The translations under genes and the position numbers were made by a program. Below, in pieces: positions 11,941 to 23,099 of a stretch of 64,000 nt of DNA (position 1 is its first letter; the number at the start of each line of letters is the position of its first letter). This DNA is from the human T2T-CHM13v2.0 reference genome, Homo sapiens. Below the pieces are notes generated by a model that saw only the letters and a list, made by a program, of their open reading frames with translations, ran no database searches and was not told where the DNA came from. Location: contig CP086569.2 in assembly GCA_009914755.4 (NCBI GenBank), positions 19,776,001 through 19,840,000 of the forward strand, given 5' to 3'.

Positions 11941-12410
11941 ACCACTTTTGATGTCCAAAACACTTTGTTATGAAACTTTAATTTTCAACTTGCTTACATT
12001 GGTAAAACAAACTAATGAATTCTTGTTGAAATGAGTTGGTTACTTATATAGGAATTTTTATTAGGAGGTTTTATAACAATACCTACAAATCACTGCTATT
12101 ATGCGTTATTTACTGAGGTCAGAAATGACCCTATAATCTGGAAGTGGATCTTCTAACAATCCATTCCAGTGATGCTGAGTGTCATGTTTTACTTCTAGGT
12201 AATACGTCTCATTGGAATACATTTTGTTTGCTCTATGAATATAAAATGTGGGGCTCTTGTGCAAGAGAATGAACTTTTGAACTTCACAGACCAAGTTTAA
12301 TTCTGATTCTGTAGATGGTAACACTGTTAACAGTAATTCTCTGAGCTTCAGTTGCTCCATCTGTAAGGAAGGGGATCATGCTAGGCATCTGATAGAAATC
12401 ATGTGAAAGT

Positions 12411-12705
12411 GGCAAGGCACGGTGGCTGATGCCTGTAATCCCAGCCCTTTGGGAGGCCAATACAGGCAGATCACCTGAGGTTAGGGGTTGGAGACCAATC
12501 TGGCCAAAATGGTGAAAACCTCTCTCTACAAAAAATAAAAAAAATTAGCTGGGTGTGGTGACACACACCTGTATTTCCAGCTAACTGGGATGCTAAGGCA
12601 GGAGAATTGCTGAACCCTGGATGTGGAGGATGTAGTGAGCTGAGACTGTGCCATGGAACTCCAACCCGGGTGACAGAGTGAGACTCTGTATAAAAAAAAA
12701 AAAAA
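12411..12705 (+). mobile_element. Alu SINE
   Basis: ggcaaggcacggtggctgatgcctgtaatcccagccctttgggaggcc...gtgacagagtgagactctgtataaaaaaaaaaaaaa. Confidence 0.95.
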
Positions 12706-13689
12706 TGTCAATGTCTCATTTTCCTGCCGCCTCTAGAGAGCTAGCTATCATCATTTGGCATATGTATAAATACCTACAGACAACATGTGGACAATTGGAT
12801 GCGTTTCGCTGATAATATTATATGGTACTTATATAGTATATAATGAAGGTTTGGTGTGCATCACAGTACATAGAGATCAGTAATATAATTCTGTGTGTCT
12901 TTCTTTATAAATGATCATACCTATACAATGGCTTGTTTAGCCATCTCCCTACTAACGGATTTGAGGTTGTCTATAATATTTTGTTTTTATACACAAAGCC
13001 CTAATATAAGGGTAGATTTTTCTCTGGTTATTTGCAATAGTCAATTGTCTATGGTGTTAATTAACCTTTTAATTTTTTAAAAAAATTCAATTACTCCTTA
13101 CTGGTAAATAGAAAAGCAATTGACTATTCACATTAACTTTGTATTCTGTGATTTTCCTATAATCAGTTATTCCAGGCGTTTTTGCTGTCATTGTTAATTC
13201 TTTGGGATTTTCCATATAGATGATCATATTATCTACAAAGAAAAAGACAATTTTATATCTTCTTTACTGGTCTATATAATTTTTATTTCCTTTTCTTGTC
13301 TTGTTACATAACCTAGAAACTCCATCACACTTTGAACTATGAATAGTGAGAGGAGACATCTGTGTCTTTTTCTTGGTCTGAGGGAGAAAATATTCAATTT
13401 CTCCTGATTAAGCAGGATATTAGCATTAAGATGTGTGGAGCTATTCTTCATAAAATCAAGGCATTGAGGACTCTACTTCTAACTTGCTCATAGTTTTTGT
13501 TTTCCATGAATTGGTGTTAAATTTTATCAAATGCTTTTTCTGGCTCAGTTTGTATGATCTGATGACTTTTCTTCTTTAACTTGCTGCTTACATTAATTGA
13601 TTTGTAAATGTGAACCAGGCTTGCATAGACAGGATACACCTCACTTTGTCATTGTGTATATATAATTTCACATATGGTAGAAATCTATT

Positions 13690-13900
13690 TGATAATATTT
13701 ATGGTAATAATTTTTGCATCTATGTTTATAAGAGACATTGGCCTGTAGTTTTTCTTTTGTGTAATGTCTTTATCTGTTTATCATGTAGAATTCTATTTTC
13801 TATTACTTATGTTAAGAATTTTTGCATTTATGTTTATGAGAGACATTGGCCTGTAGTTTTTCTTTTGTGCAATGTCTTTATCTGGTTTTGGTATTAGGCT
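13690..13900. repeat. Local tandem duplication (~110-bp unit, 2 copies) inside the old L1
   Basis: aatttttgcatctatgtttataagagacattggcctgtagtttttcttttgtgtaatgtctttatctg is repeated as aatttttgcatttatgtttatgagagacattggcctgtagtttttcttttgtgcaatgtctttatctgg; ORF 13610-13897 shows the duplicated peptide NFCIYVY(K/E)RHWPVVFLLCNVFI. Confidence 0.75.
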
Positions 13901-14039
13901 CATACTTGCCACATAGCAGGAGACAAAAAGGGTTCCCTTTACTCTTATTTCATGGAAAATATTTAGAAAATTGGGATTGTTTCTTATGAGCTGGATTGCT
14001 ACCCTGCAGTTTCCATACATTAAAGTTCTGACACAAAGT

Positions 14040-14362
14040 ACCTCAGAACTTGACCTTACTTGAAGATAAAGCCCTTAAAGAAGCCATAAGTTAAAAAGAG
14101 GCCATTAGGATGGGGCCCTTATCCTGAATGACTGGTATCCTAATAAACAGACACCAGGTGGTTTGCACATAGAGAAAAGATGATGTGAGGACACAGGGAG
14201 AAGACAGCCATTTACAAGAATGGAGAGAGTTCTCAGAAGAAACCAAACCTGTAGACACCTTAATCTTAGACTTCTAGTGTTCAGAATTGTGAAAAAAATA
14301 AAATTATGTTATTTAAGCCACACATCTTGTGGTATTTCATATGGCAGCCAAGCAGACTACTG
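14040..14362 (+). mobile_element. MaLR-type LTR copy (tentatively MLT1-like) nested in the old L1
   Basis: ..ggccattaggatggggcccttatcctgaatgactggtatcctaataaacagacaccaggtggtttgcacatagagaaaagatgatgtgaggacacagggagaagacagccatttacaagaatggagagag...gtgaaaaaaataaaattatgttatttaagccacacatcttgtggtatttcatatggcagcc. Confidence 0.55.
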
Positions 14363-16889
14363 CATGTTTATTCTTTAGAAGTTCTGTAGAATTCTGTAGT
14401 TAAATTAGGTGACTCTGGTACATTTTTGGAAAAGACATTAATTAGCAATTCATTTTCTTTATAGCTATAAGCCTATTCAAATTATCTATTTGTCTTTGTA
14501 TGAGTTCTGACAGTGATGTCTTTCAGGAATTTTGTTCTATTCATTGAAATTATCAAATTTGTGGGCATAAAGTTATTTATAATTTTTTGTTACATTTTCA
14601 TGTCCATGGGATCATTCATGATAAACCCTCTTTCATTTGTGATATTACCAAAGTGTGCCTTTTCTCTTTTTGCTTGGGTAGTATACATAGAAGTTTTTTA
14701 TTTATATTGATTTTTTAAAATTACTTCTTTTTTGGTTGCTGATTTTTTCTGTGGGCTGTTTTCAAATTTATTTTTCTCTGCTCTGATTTCTTTCTTTTCT
14801 CCTACTTGCTTTGAATTTAAATGTATCTCCTTTTCTGTACTTTACTAAGACAGAAACTTAGATTATTGATTTTAGATTTTTTTTCTAATATATGCGTTTA
14901 TTGGTTTAAAATTTCATTTGCACTCTGTATGTTTCGGTAAGTTATATTTTTATTTTCATTTAATTCAAATATTTAAAACATTTTCTTCATTACACTTTTT
15001 CTTTGGCCCATGTGTTTTTCAAGAGAGTATTATTTTATTTTCGGATATTTTAGGAATCTCCATCTACCTTTGTTATTGATGTCTAGTTTAGTTCTATTGT
15101 GGTTTGAGAATATATTTTGTTTTGTTACAGTCTCACCAATGCGCCACAGTGTAGTGGTCTCATTGTTTCAGGTATCATCCAAAATTCTTTATCTTACGGC
15201 CAAGAAAATTAAGGCATGTGGACACAAATGGTGAGGCTGGAGTGAAAGTTTAATAAGCAAAAGAAGAAAGCTCTCCACAGTGGAGGGTAGGCCTGAAAGA
15301 GGATAGCCAAGTATGAAGCTGAGTCTGGGGTTTTGATGGACTGGGAAGGGGAGGAATGTGCTGACTGGGCTGCAGACTCTATTCGAGAAAGCAGCACTTA
15401 GAAAGAGGTATGAGAGCGTAAAGGACCAATTGGAGACAGAGGTGAAGGCTTGGCCCAGAATCTTGTCCTGGGAACAATCAGCAACTGAAGTGATGATTCA
15501 CCCTATGTAAATGTAGACTTAGCCTACAGCCAGTTACAGAAATGTAAGCATATGTAAAATAGGTGAAAAGTAAGATACTAAGGCCTGCCCAGGAGAGAGA
15601 AATTTGTCCAAAAAGGAATGGAATTTGTTCATCTGGGTTCACAAAGTGAACATTTCTATTCAAGGCATGGGCTCTTTCTTATCTGGGGCCTGCAGTTTGA
15701 TTTTCAGGCTGTTCTTTGTTTGAAGAAATTTTACCAAGAACCTACCCTAACTGCATGTGTGACCAGTTTTTTACTTTCTCCTCTCTTAGTATGATTTCTA
15801 TTTCTATGAATGTGTTAAGTTGTATTGCCCAGAATGTTTTGTGTATTGGTGAGTATTCTATGTGAGCCTGAGAAGAATGTATATTTTGGTTCTGTTGGAT
15901 GACACATTCTATATATGCAAGTTAACTCAAGTTAATTGATAGTGCTGTTTAGTTCAACTACAATTTTTCTGATTTTTTTTTGCTGTTTCCTCTATCAGTT
16001 ACTGACAGACGGGATTTTAAATCTATAACTACAACAGTGGATTAGTCGGTTTCTCCGTTTAGTTCTATCAGTTCTTACCTCATGCAATTTTATACTCCTG
16101 TTTTTGGTGAAACATATTTGGAGTTGATATGTTTTCTTTGAAAATTGTTCCCTTTGTCTTTACAGTATTTGCATGTTTATCCTTGATAATTTCCTCATTC
16201 TGAAGTCTGATTTGTATGAAATCATTAAGTACTCCAGATTTGTTTTCATTAGTGTTTAGATGGCATACCTGTCCCTCTCTTTATTTTAACATGTCTGTGT
16301 TTTTAAATTCAAAATGAGTTTCTTTAGACACGTATAGTGGGTTTTATTTTCCTTTAAATTATAATCACATTATAATCTTAGTCTTTTAATTGATGTACAT
16401 AAACATGAGTGTTTAAAGTAATATAGTTGAATGAATTTTTAACATGTTGGTAATCATTCAATTTGATATATTTTTTATTTGTTTTTTGCCCATTTTCAGC
16501 TTTCTCTGCTTGAGTATTTTTAAAAATTATTTTTATTTTTTGTATGTACATAGATGTATATGTTTCTGGGATATGTGGGATATTTTGAGCAGTTTAAACA
16601 ATCTTATTTGTCCCTTCTCTTGGCATATATATTAAACTTTAAAACAATGTGGTATTTTCCTGAACATTACTAATATATCCTTTTAGCTAATACAAGTCAC
16701 CTGTTGAATACTATGATACTGCTTCCTGGACAATGGAACTACCTCTCAAGAGTATTCTTAATTCCACCCTCCCATTACTTATGTAATTACTGCTATGTGT
16801 TTATTTTTATTTGCATATATGCTATAGTCTCTTAATACTTATAATACTCTTAATACTCATAATTGCTATTATGATTACTTTAAATTTCT

Positions 16890-18115
16890 ATCTGTTTAGT
16901 CATAGGCAGAAGATTGAAACTATACTACTTCCTTACCCCATACACAAAAATCAACTGTAGATGGATTAAAGACTTACATATAAGACCCAAAACTATACAA
17001 ACTCTGGAAGACAACGTACTCAATACCATCCTAGACATAATAATTGGCAAAGATTTTATGACAAAGATGCCAAAATACATCTCAACAAAAACAAAAGTCG
17101 ACAACTGGAATCTAATTAAGCTGAAGAGCTTCTGTACAGCAAAAGAATCTATCAACAAAGCAAACAGACAACTTACAGAATGGGAAGAAATTTTTGCAAA
17201 ATATGCATATGACAAAGGTCTAATATCCAGCAGCTATAAAGAACTTAGACAAATTTACAAGAAAAAAACAAACAACCCCATTAAAAAGTAGACATGAACA
17301 CATGTTTTTCAAAAGAAGACATACATGTAGCTGGCAAGCATATGAAAAAAAGCTCAGTATCCCTGATGGTTAGAAAAATGCAAAACAAAATGACAATGAG
17401 ATACTATCTCACACCAGTCAGAATGGCTATTATTAAAAAGTCAAAAAATAACATATGCTGGTCACGTTGCAAAGGAACATTTATACACTGTTGGTGAAAC
17501 AGTAAATTAATTCAATGACGGTGGAAAGCAGTATGGTGATTCCTCAAAGAGCTAAAAACAGAACTACCATTCCATTTGGCAATCCCATTACAGGGTATAT
17601 ACCCAGAGGAATATAAATCATTCTACCATAAAGATATATGCACACAAATATTCACTGAAGCACTGTAGACAATAGCAAAGACATGGAATCAACCTAAATG
17701 CCCACAAATAACAGACTGGATAAAGAAAATGTGGTATATATACACCATGGAATACTATGCAGTCATAAAAACCAATGAGATGTCTTTTGTGGGAATGTGG
17801 GTGAAGCTGGAGGTTATTGTCCTTAGAAAACTAACGCAGGAAAAGAAAACCAAGTAACACATTTTCTCACTTATAAGCAGGAGCTAAATGATGAGAACAC
17901 ATGGGCACAAGAAAAGAACAACAGGCCCTGAGGCCTACTTCAAATTGGAGGGTGGGAAGAGGAAGAGGAGCAAAATAAATAACTATAGGTTACTGGACTT
18001 AGTACCTGGATGATGAAATCATCAATACAACAAATCCCATGACACAAATTTACCTATATAGCAAACCTACACATGTATCCCTAAACCTAAAATAAAAGCT
18101 TATAAAAGAAGACTA
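16890..18115 (+). mobile_element. L1 3' segment (L1PB/older L1PA-like; ORF2 C-terminus, 3'UTR and A-rich end) inserted in sense orientation into the old antisense L1
   Basis: ..cataggcagaagattgaaactatactacttccttaccccatacacaaaaatcaactgtagatggattaaagacttacatataagacccaaaactatacaaactctggaagacaac...atccctgatggttagaaaaatgcaaaacaaaatgacaatgagatactatctcacaccagtcagaatggctattattaaaaagtc...gggtatatacccagaggaatataaatcattctaccataaagatatatgcacac...aaacctacacatgtatccctaaacctaaaataaaagc. ORFs 16914-17291 and 17294-17497 are ORF2 remnants. Confidence 0.85.
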
Positions 18116-18454
18116 GGACTTAATTTTTTAACCATCTTTATTCCATCTCTAACACTCTCCCTTTATTGATGGAGATCCCAGCTACTGCATTATATATTCG
18201 GCACCATATTTTTCTCCCTATAGGGCCTCTTTTAACATCTCTTGCAGGGCAAGTCTCTGGCATTGAAATTCCTCAGCTTTGTCTGTCTGAAATATATTTT
18301 ATTTTGCTTCACTTAAGAAAGATTATTTAACTTGATCTAGAATTTTAAGTAGGTGTGAACTTTTTCCTTTCCATATTTTAAATATTTCACTTTTCTCTCT
18401 TTTTGCTTGCATAGTTTCTAATGAGAATTCTGCTGCAATTTATTTCTTATCCTA

Positions 18455-18502
18455 TTTGGGAGAGAGAGAAGGAGAGAGAGAGAGAGAGAGAGAGAACTCT
18501 GG
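18455..18502. repeat. (GA)n microsatellite
   Basis: gagagagaaggagagagagagagagagagagagag. Confidence 0.9.
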
Positions 18503-19115
18503 CCTATTTTAACGTTCTGTGTCTGCACAATTTGCACTTTGATAATAATTTGTCTAAGTTTTTGTTTATTTGCTTGTTTTGCTTCATTTTGGATATTTGA
18601 TCCTGTTTGTTATTTTCCGAGCTTCTTGTATCTGTAGTTTGGTATCTGTCATTAATTTTAAAACAATCTCAGTCATTATTGCTTCAAAAATTTTTACTGA
18701 TTCTGTTCTCTTTTCTCTTTCTGATAAAACAATTGTGCATTCACTGTACTTTCTGAGACTTTACCTTGTGTCTTGGGTGTTCTGTGTCCTATTTTTGATT
18801 TTTATGATTTTCTCCTTTTTTGTATTTCAACTTGAGAAGTTTCTATTGAGTTGTCTTCCAGTTCATTGACTATGTAGTCTCCTAATGAGCCCATCAAAGC
18901 CATTCTTCATTCTGGTTACATGTTCTTGATACTTAGTGTTTTCTTTTGATTCTCTAAGGAGTTACATCTCTGCTCTTACATTACCCATCTGTTCTTGCAT
19001 GTTGCCTACTTTTGCCATTAGAAACACTGACACAGTAACCATAACATTTTAGATTTCCTCTCTGGTAATTTCTTCTGTGGTATATGTGAGTCTGGTTTTA
19101 TCCTTCAGCCTGTGT

Positions 19116-19142
19116 TGTTATTATTATTATTATTATTATTAG
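19116..19142. repeat. (TTA)n microsatellite
   Basis: gttattattattattattattattag. Confidence 0.85.
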
Positions 19143-19288
19143 TCTTTTAGCACTCTTTACAATTTTTTTCTGAGAGCTGAATAAGTTGTATCAGGTAATA
19201 GGAATTGAAGTAAATAGTCCTTTAGTGTGAGTATTCAGGTAAATCTGTCCAGTAGTGATGCTGTGTCACTATATTTCTGTTTCTCTCT

Positions 19289-19294
19289 TATCTG

Positions 19295-19330
<36 letters not shown>

Positions 19331-19430
19331 CCTACCTATCTTCTATCTACCTATTATCTATCATCTACCTATTAGATATATCTGTCTATCCATATCATCT
19401 ATCCTCTGCCTATCATTTATTATGTATTTG

Positions 19431-19482
<52 letters not shown>

Positions 19483-19483
19483 G
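19289..19483. repeat. Compound tetranucleotide STR, (TCTA)n ... (ATCT)n, i.e. GATA-type, with interruptions
   Basis: Perfect (tcta)~8 at about 19297-19330, degenerate middle (ctac/ctat/ttat units), perfect (atct)~11 at about 19437-19482. ORFs 19227-19545 (LSIYLSIYLS...) are translations of it. Confidence 0.9.
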
Positions 19484-20399
19484 TCAGAGGTGTCAGATTC
19501 CTCTGGTATTCTTGTGCTTGCTACTGTCTTGACTTTCCTAGATAATTCTTCTTGGAAAGAGTTTGGCAATTTGGGCTCTTTCTGCTGAAGTTCACTGTTA
19601 CTAAAGTGGAGCCCTTTTACTGTGGTGATCAGGGTAGAGGAAAAAAGAAATCCATAATCTTAATATTAAATTTCAGTTGTTTTTTTGTGGGGAGGACTAT
19701 AGTTCTGAGCTGAGAACTTTAAAAATGTTTCTCCAGTGATAAGCATTTATATTCTCCTTTTTTGTGAGGCAGGAAGATTAAAGGTTGTCTAAGATGTGAA
19801 GCATGATTTTCTTCTAGTTGGATTAAAGCTGAGTAAAGCCATTTTCCCTAAAGCAGGAGGTAACTTGATTATTTTTTACAGTGCTTTCATTTCTCAGCCC
19901 CTTGAAGAGCCACAAGGAATCTGTTTGGAATCTTCATAATGAAAACTTGGTGGAGTTTCTGGAGGTAAGGTCCATTAGAGTTACGGCTCCCCTAAAGAGA
20001 GTTGACTCCAGAAGTTCCTTACTCTCATGCTATTCCAGTCAGCCTCTAGTAATTGCGCAAACTTCCCATGGACATGTTTCCCTACCAATTAAGGATTATG
20101 TGTCTTCTGCTCCAGGTGAGCTGACCTCGGCTGTGCATCTCTGTATTCACCTGTCTCTCCAGTTTTCTGAATGGCATCTTTCTGTGCCATTAGTTCTCTG
20201 AAGGTTCTAAGCAGACTTGCTGATTTTACTTTGCTCAGCATTTTTATTCTGACAAAACAGAGTGTCAGCTTCTAAGCTCTCTACCTGTCATAGCTAAAAC
20301 CAAGTTGTATTTACTATGTTAGTTTTCAAGAGGTCACAATGTCAGCCTCAGTGATCATGGGACTTCTGGAAGTCACATAAAGGGGGCTGAGGGCTGAGG

Positions 20400-20960
20400 T
20401 GAGACCTGGTCTTAACAGGGCAGAGACCAGAAATGGAAGTCACAGAGAGGGAACTGGAGAGCAACATGCCATCTGGGATTCACAAGGAGAATTCATGGGC
20501 AGAAACTGAGAGTTGAAGTCCCATCTCCACCTTCGTGGAGAAAGGTCACAGTTCCAGGTCATAAGTCAGGCATTGGTGACACAGGTCATGGATGGAGATC
20601 ACAGGTCAAAGTTGAGGAGCATATTTCAAGCTTAAGGAATTATTCACACATCAAATACGAGGAGCAGTGTCCCATCTGAGTTCACAGAATGGAGCCTGGA
20701 TTTTATAGGTCAGAAATTACCCTCAGAGTACACATTTAAGGGTCACAGAGTGGTAATCATGGATAGAGTAACAAGTAAGAGTTACAGAGTAGGGATCTGA
20801 GATGGAAGACCAATCTGAGGTTCACAGGTCAGAGTTCAGAAGAAAGAAGACCAAACTGGAGTCACAGGTCAGAGTTTAGCAGATGAGGGAGGAGTGCATC
20901 TTGGGTTCAAAGGTCAGAGTTCAGGGCCAAAGATCACAACTGCAAGTTAGAGCAAGAAAT
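20400..20960. repeat. Degenerate tandem array (unit roughly ..tcacaggtcagagttcag.., variable period) rich in AGGTCA-type half-sites
   Basis: 8 exact AGGTCA within 20543-20925, plus GGTTCA/AGTTCA/GGGTCA variants. gaggttcacaggtcagagttcaga (about 20818) and gggttcaaaggtcagagttcagg (about 20905) are each three direct half-sites spaced by 1 nt. Confidence 0.6.
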
Positions 20961-22648
20961 GCTTGGCTTCTTGGTAAGGAGACAACTGATGCAGAGAGTT
21001 GCTGGGGCCATACCAGTGCTCAACTCTCCCTATGTGCATTTGCTCATTGACGTCCTGGCTCAAACATGCAAATTATGTGCAGTCACTGTAGATGCCACCC
21101 AAATCCTCAAATTCTGCTAAACTTCTGGAAAATCAAGTCAGATGAGTGGGTCTGACATTTCCGGCAGTGGGGGGGGTGGGTAGCAGAATATTCAAATCAG
21201 AAAATTATCTTTATTTTAAAGATGTATCAATTAATTTGTAGTTAATCTTCAGATATTAGCATTTTGAACAAATTTTGAGCTGATTAGCTCATTTTAAAAC
21301 ACAGACTTTTTTTTTCTTTCCTTTCCTTTTCTTCTCTTTTATTTCTGTTGTGTCCAGCTAGTGTCTGCTTTGTATTGTTTTGTTTTGTTTTTGTCCCAGG
21401 GATCTATGAGGAAGAATTGCCTATGTCATCAATAGGAAGCACTGAGGACTCCACAAAACTCCCGGTTCTCAGGTTTGCTACAGAGGGAGCAGAAGGCCAC
21501 TGGGATGTTGGGTTCATATACGTGAAATCATAAGGTGCCAGTTCCCTAGGTTCCAAAACCCAGTCTAAGATCGAAGCGTGCTTGCACGTGATCTGAGAAG
21601 GCAATGCTAAGAGAAAATTCTTAAGTACAATACTGTTGAGTTTTACAATAGCAAAGAAAACGAAAGAGCTTGAGACTTAGCAAGTGTGTAGTGATGTGAA
21701 GTAAAAGGAGAGAACCTTGCTGCAAACACAGTTTTGTGGACAGTTATGTAAAGGAGTTGCCCGACACTGTCCTACACAGAGAAACTCTTTGTCTGGGAGC
21801 TTACAGGAGGTTGTAAATCGCATATCAAGAGGGCAAGAGGAAAGACTTCAAGGATGAAACCTTTTCTAGCACTGAGATTATCTAGGGATGAGAGTGCATA
21901 CTTCTCTGAGAATTTATTCTATTTTTGGTCAAATGCATACATTGTTAAAGGAACCATGATAGACTTAAACACTGGCTATATGAAACTTGCACCATTATAA
22001 AGGCTCTCCTGATATCTGAATAAATATTGATATGTTTTTTGAAAAAGAACTTATAGTATAGCAAAATAAAATAACTAAAGGAAAATGCATAACCTCTAGC
22101 TGTTGTAAAGAATTAATTGGAACATTCATTGCTAACACAGAGGTTGCATATTTCTTGGATAAGATAAATTTCATAAAAGTTACTAAGTCCAAACACAGGC
22201 CACCAAGAGCTAAAATATGGTCTGAAAACTAAATAAGCTCTACCAAAAATCCTGACTTATTTTTCTACTACTGTGGCAGAATTGGCTCCTTTAAAATCTC
22301 AATTTTTAACAGAATTTGTTTATTGCATGGGAGTGGTTAACAGTGTCAATGTTGAGCTGACTTCACATTAACGTGCAGTTCAGATACATGGAGTTTTTAA
22401 TTTGCTATTATATAATGTAAGATTTCTTGAATCTGAAATGTATACTGTAAATATGCTGAGGTGCATTATAAACTAGAGTTTGGTTAGATGAGAACATATG
22501 TGTTTACATAGACTTTTAAAACCCTCTTTTTATGTTATTTTTAAGCTCATCAGTTACTTAACATTCATAGATGCAATGGTATTTAAGTATTACTATGGAT
22601 GTTTCATTTCTACTTGTAATTATTTGGGCTTCTAGACCATAACTTTTA

Positions 22649-22999
<351 letters not shown>

Positions 23000-23099
23000 T
23001 CCTCTTCCTCTAAGAAAAAAATGATTTTAAATTCCATTTATCTTATTTTAAATGCTAAGTCCATTTTTTATGACAGATTTATCTGGGAAATCATGTGTT

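Larger units (their letters stand above)
12720..19100 (-). mobile_element. Old L1 (L1M/L1PB-class), antisense, 3' end at left, interrupted by later insertions at 14040-14362, 15195-15720 and 16890-18115
   Basis: Antisense matches to L1 along the whole span: 3' region (12900-13250), RT region (13400-15195), ORF2 N-terminal/endonuclease region (15780-16640, e.g. ..gagaagaatgtatattttggttctgttggatgacacattctatatatgcaagttaactcaagttaattgatagtgctgtttagttc..), and inter-ORF/ORF1 region (18170-19080, ..ggcctcttttaacatctcttgcagggcaagtctctggc..). Heavily diverged. Confidence 0.6.

Noticed and set aside
16914-17497. ORFs 16914-17291 (125 aa) and 17294-17497 (67 aa), and ORFs 45504-46237 and 41348-41554
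   Set aside because: All are C-terminal ORF2 remnants of truncated L1 copies (..[23 protein letters not shown].. and ..[31 protein letters not shown]..), not genes.
16890-18115. Twin-priming interpretation of the antisense-L1/sense-L1 junction at 16890
   Set aside because: The antisense L1 to the left extends all the way to L1 3'-terminal sequence (about 12900-13250), which lies downstream of where the sense segment starts. A twin-primed inverted piece can only contain sequence upstream of the internal priming site. This is therefore an independent L1 insertion into an older L1, in contrast to 40190-42160 where the geometry does fit twin priming.
20400-20960. Possibility that the tandem arrays (20400-20960 and 35470-35830) are CRISPR arrays
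   Set aside because: The host is a primate nuclear genome. The repeats are degenerate with variable spacing and no constant-length unique spacers, and nothing like cas genes is present.
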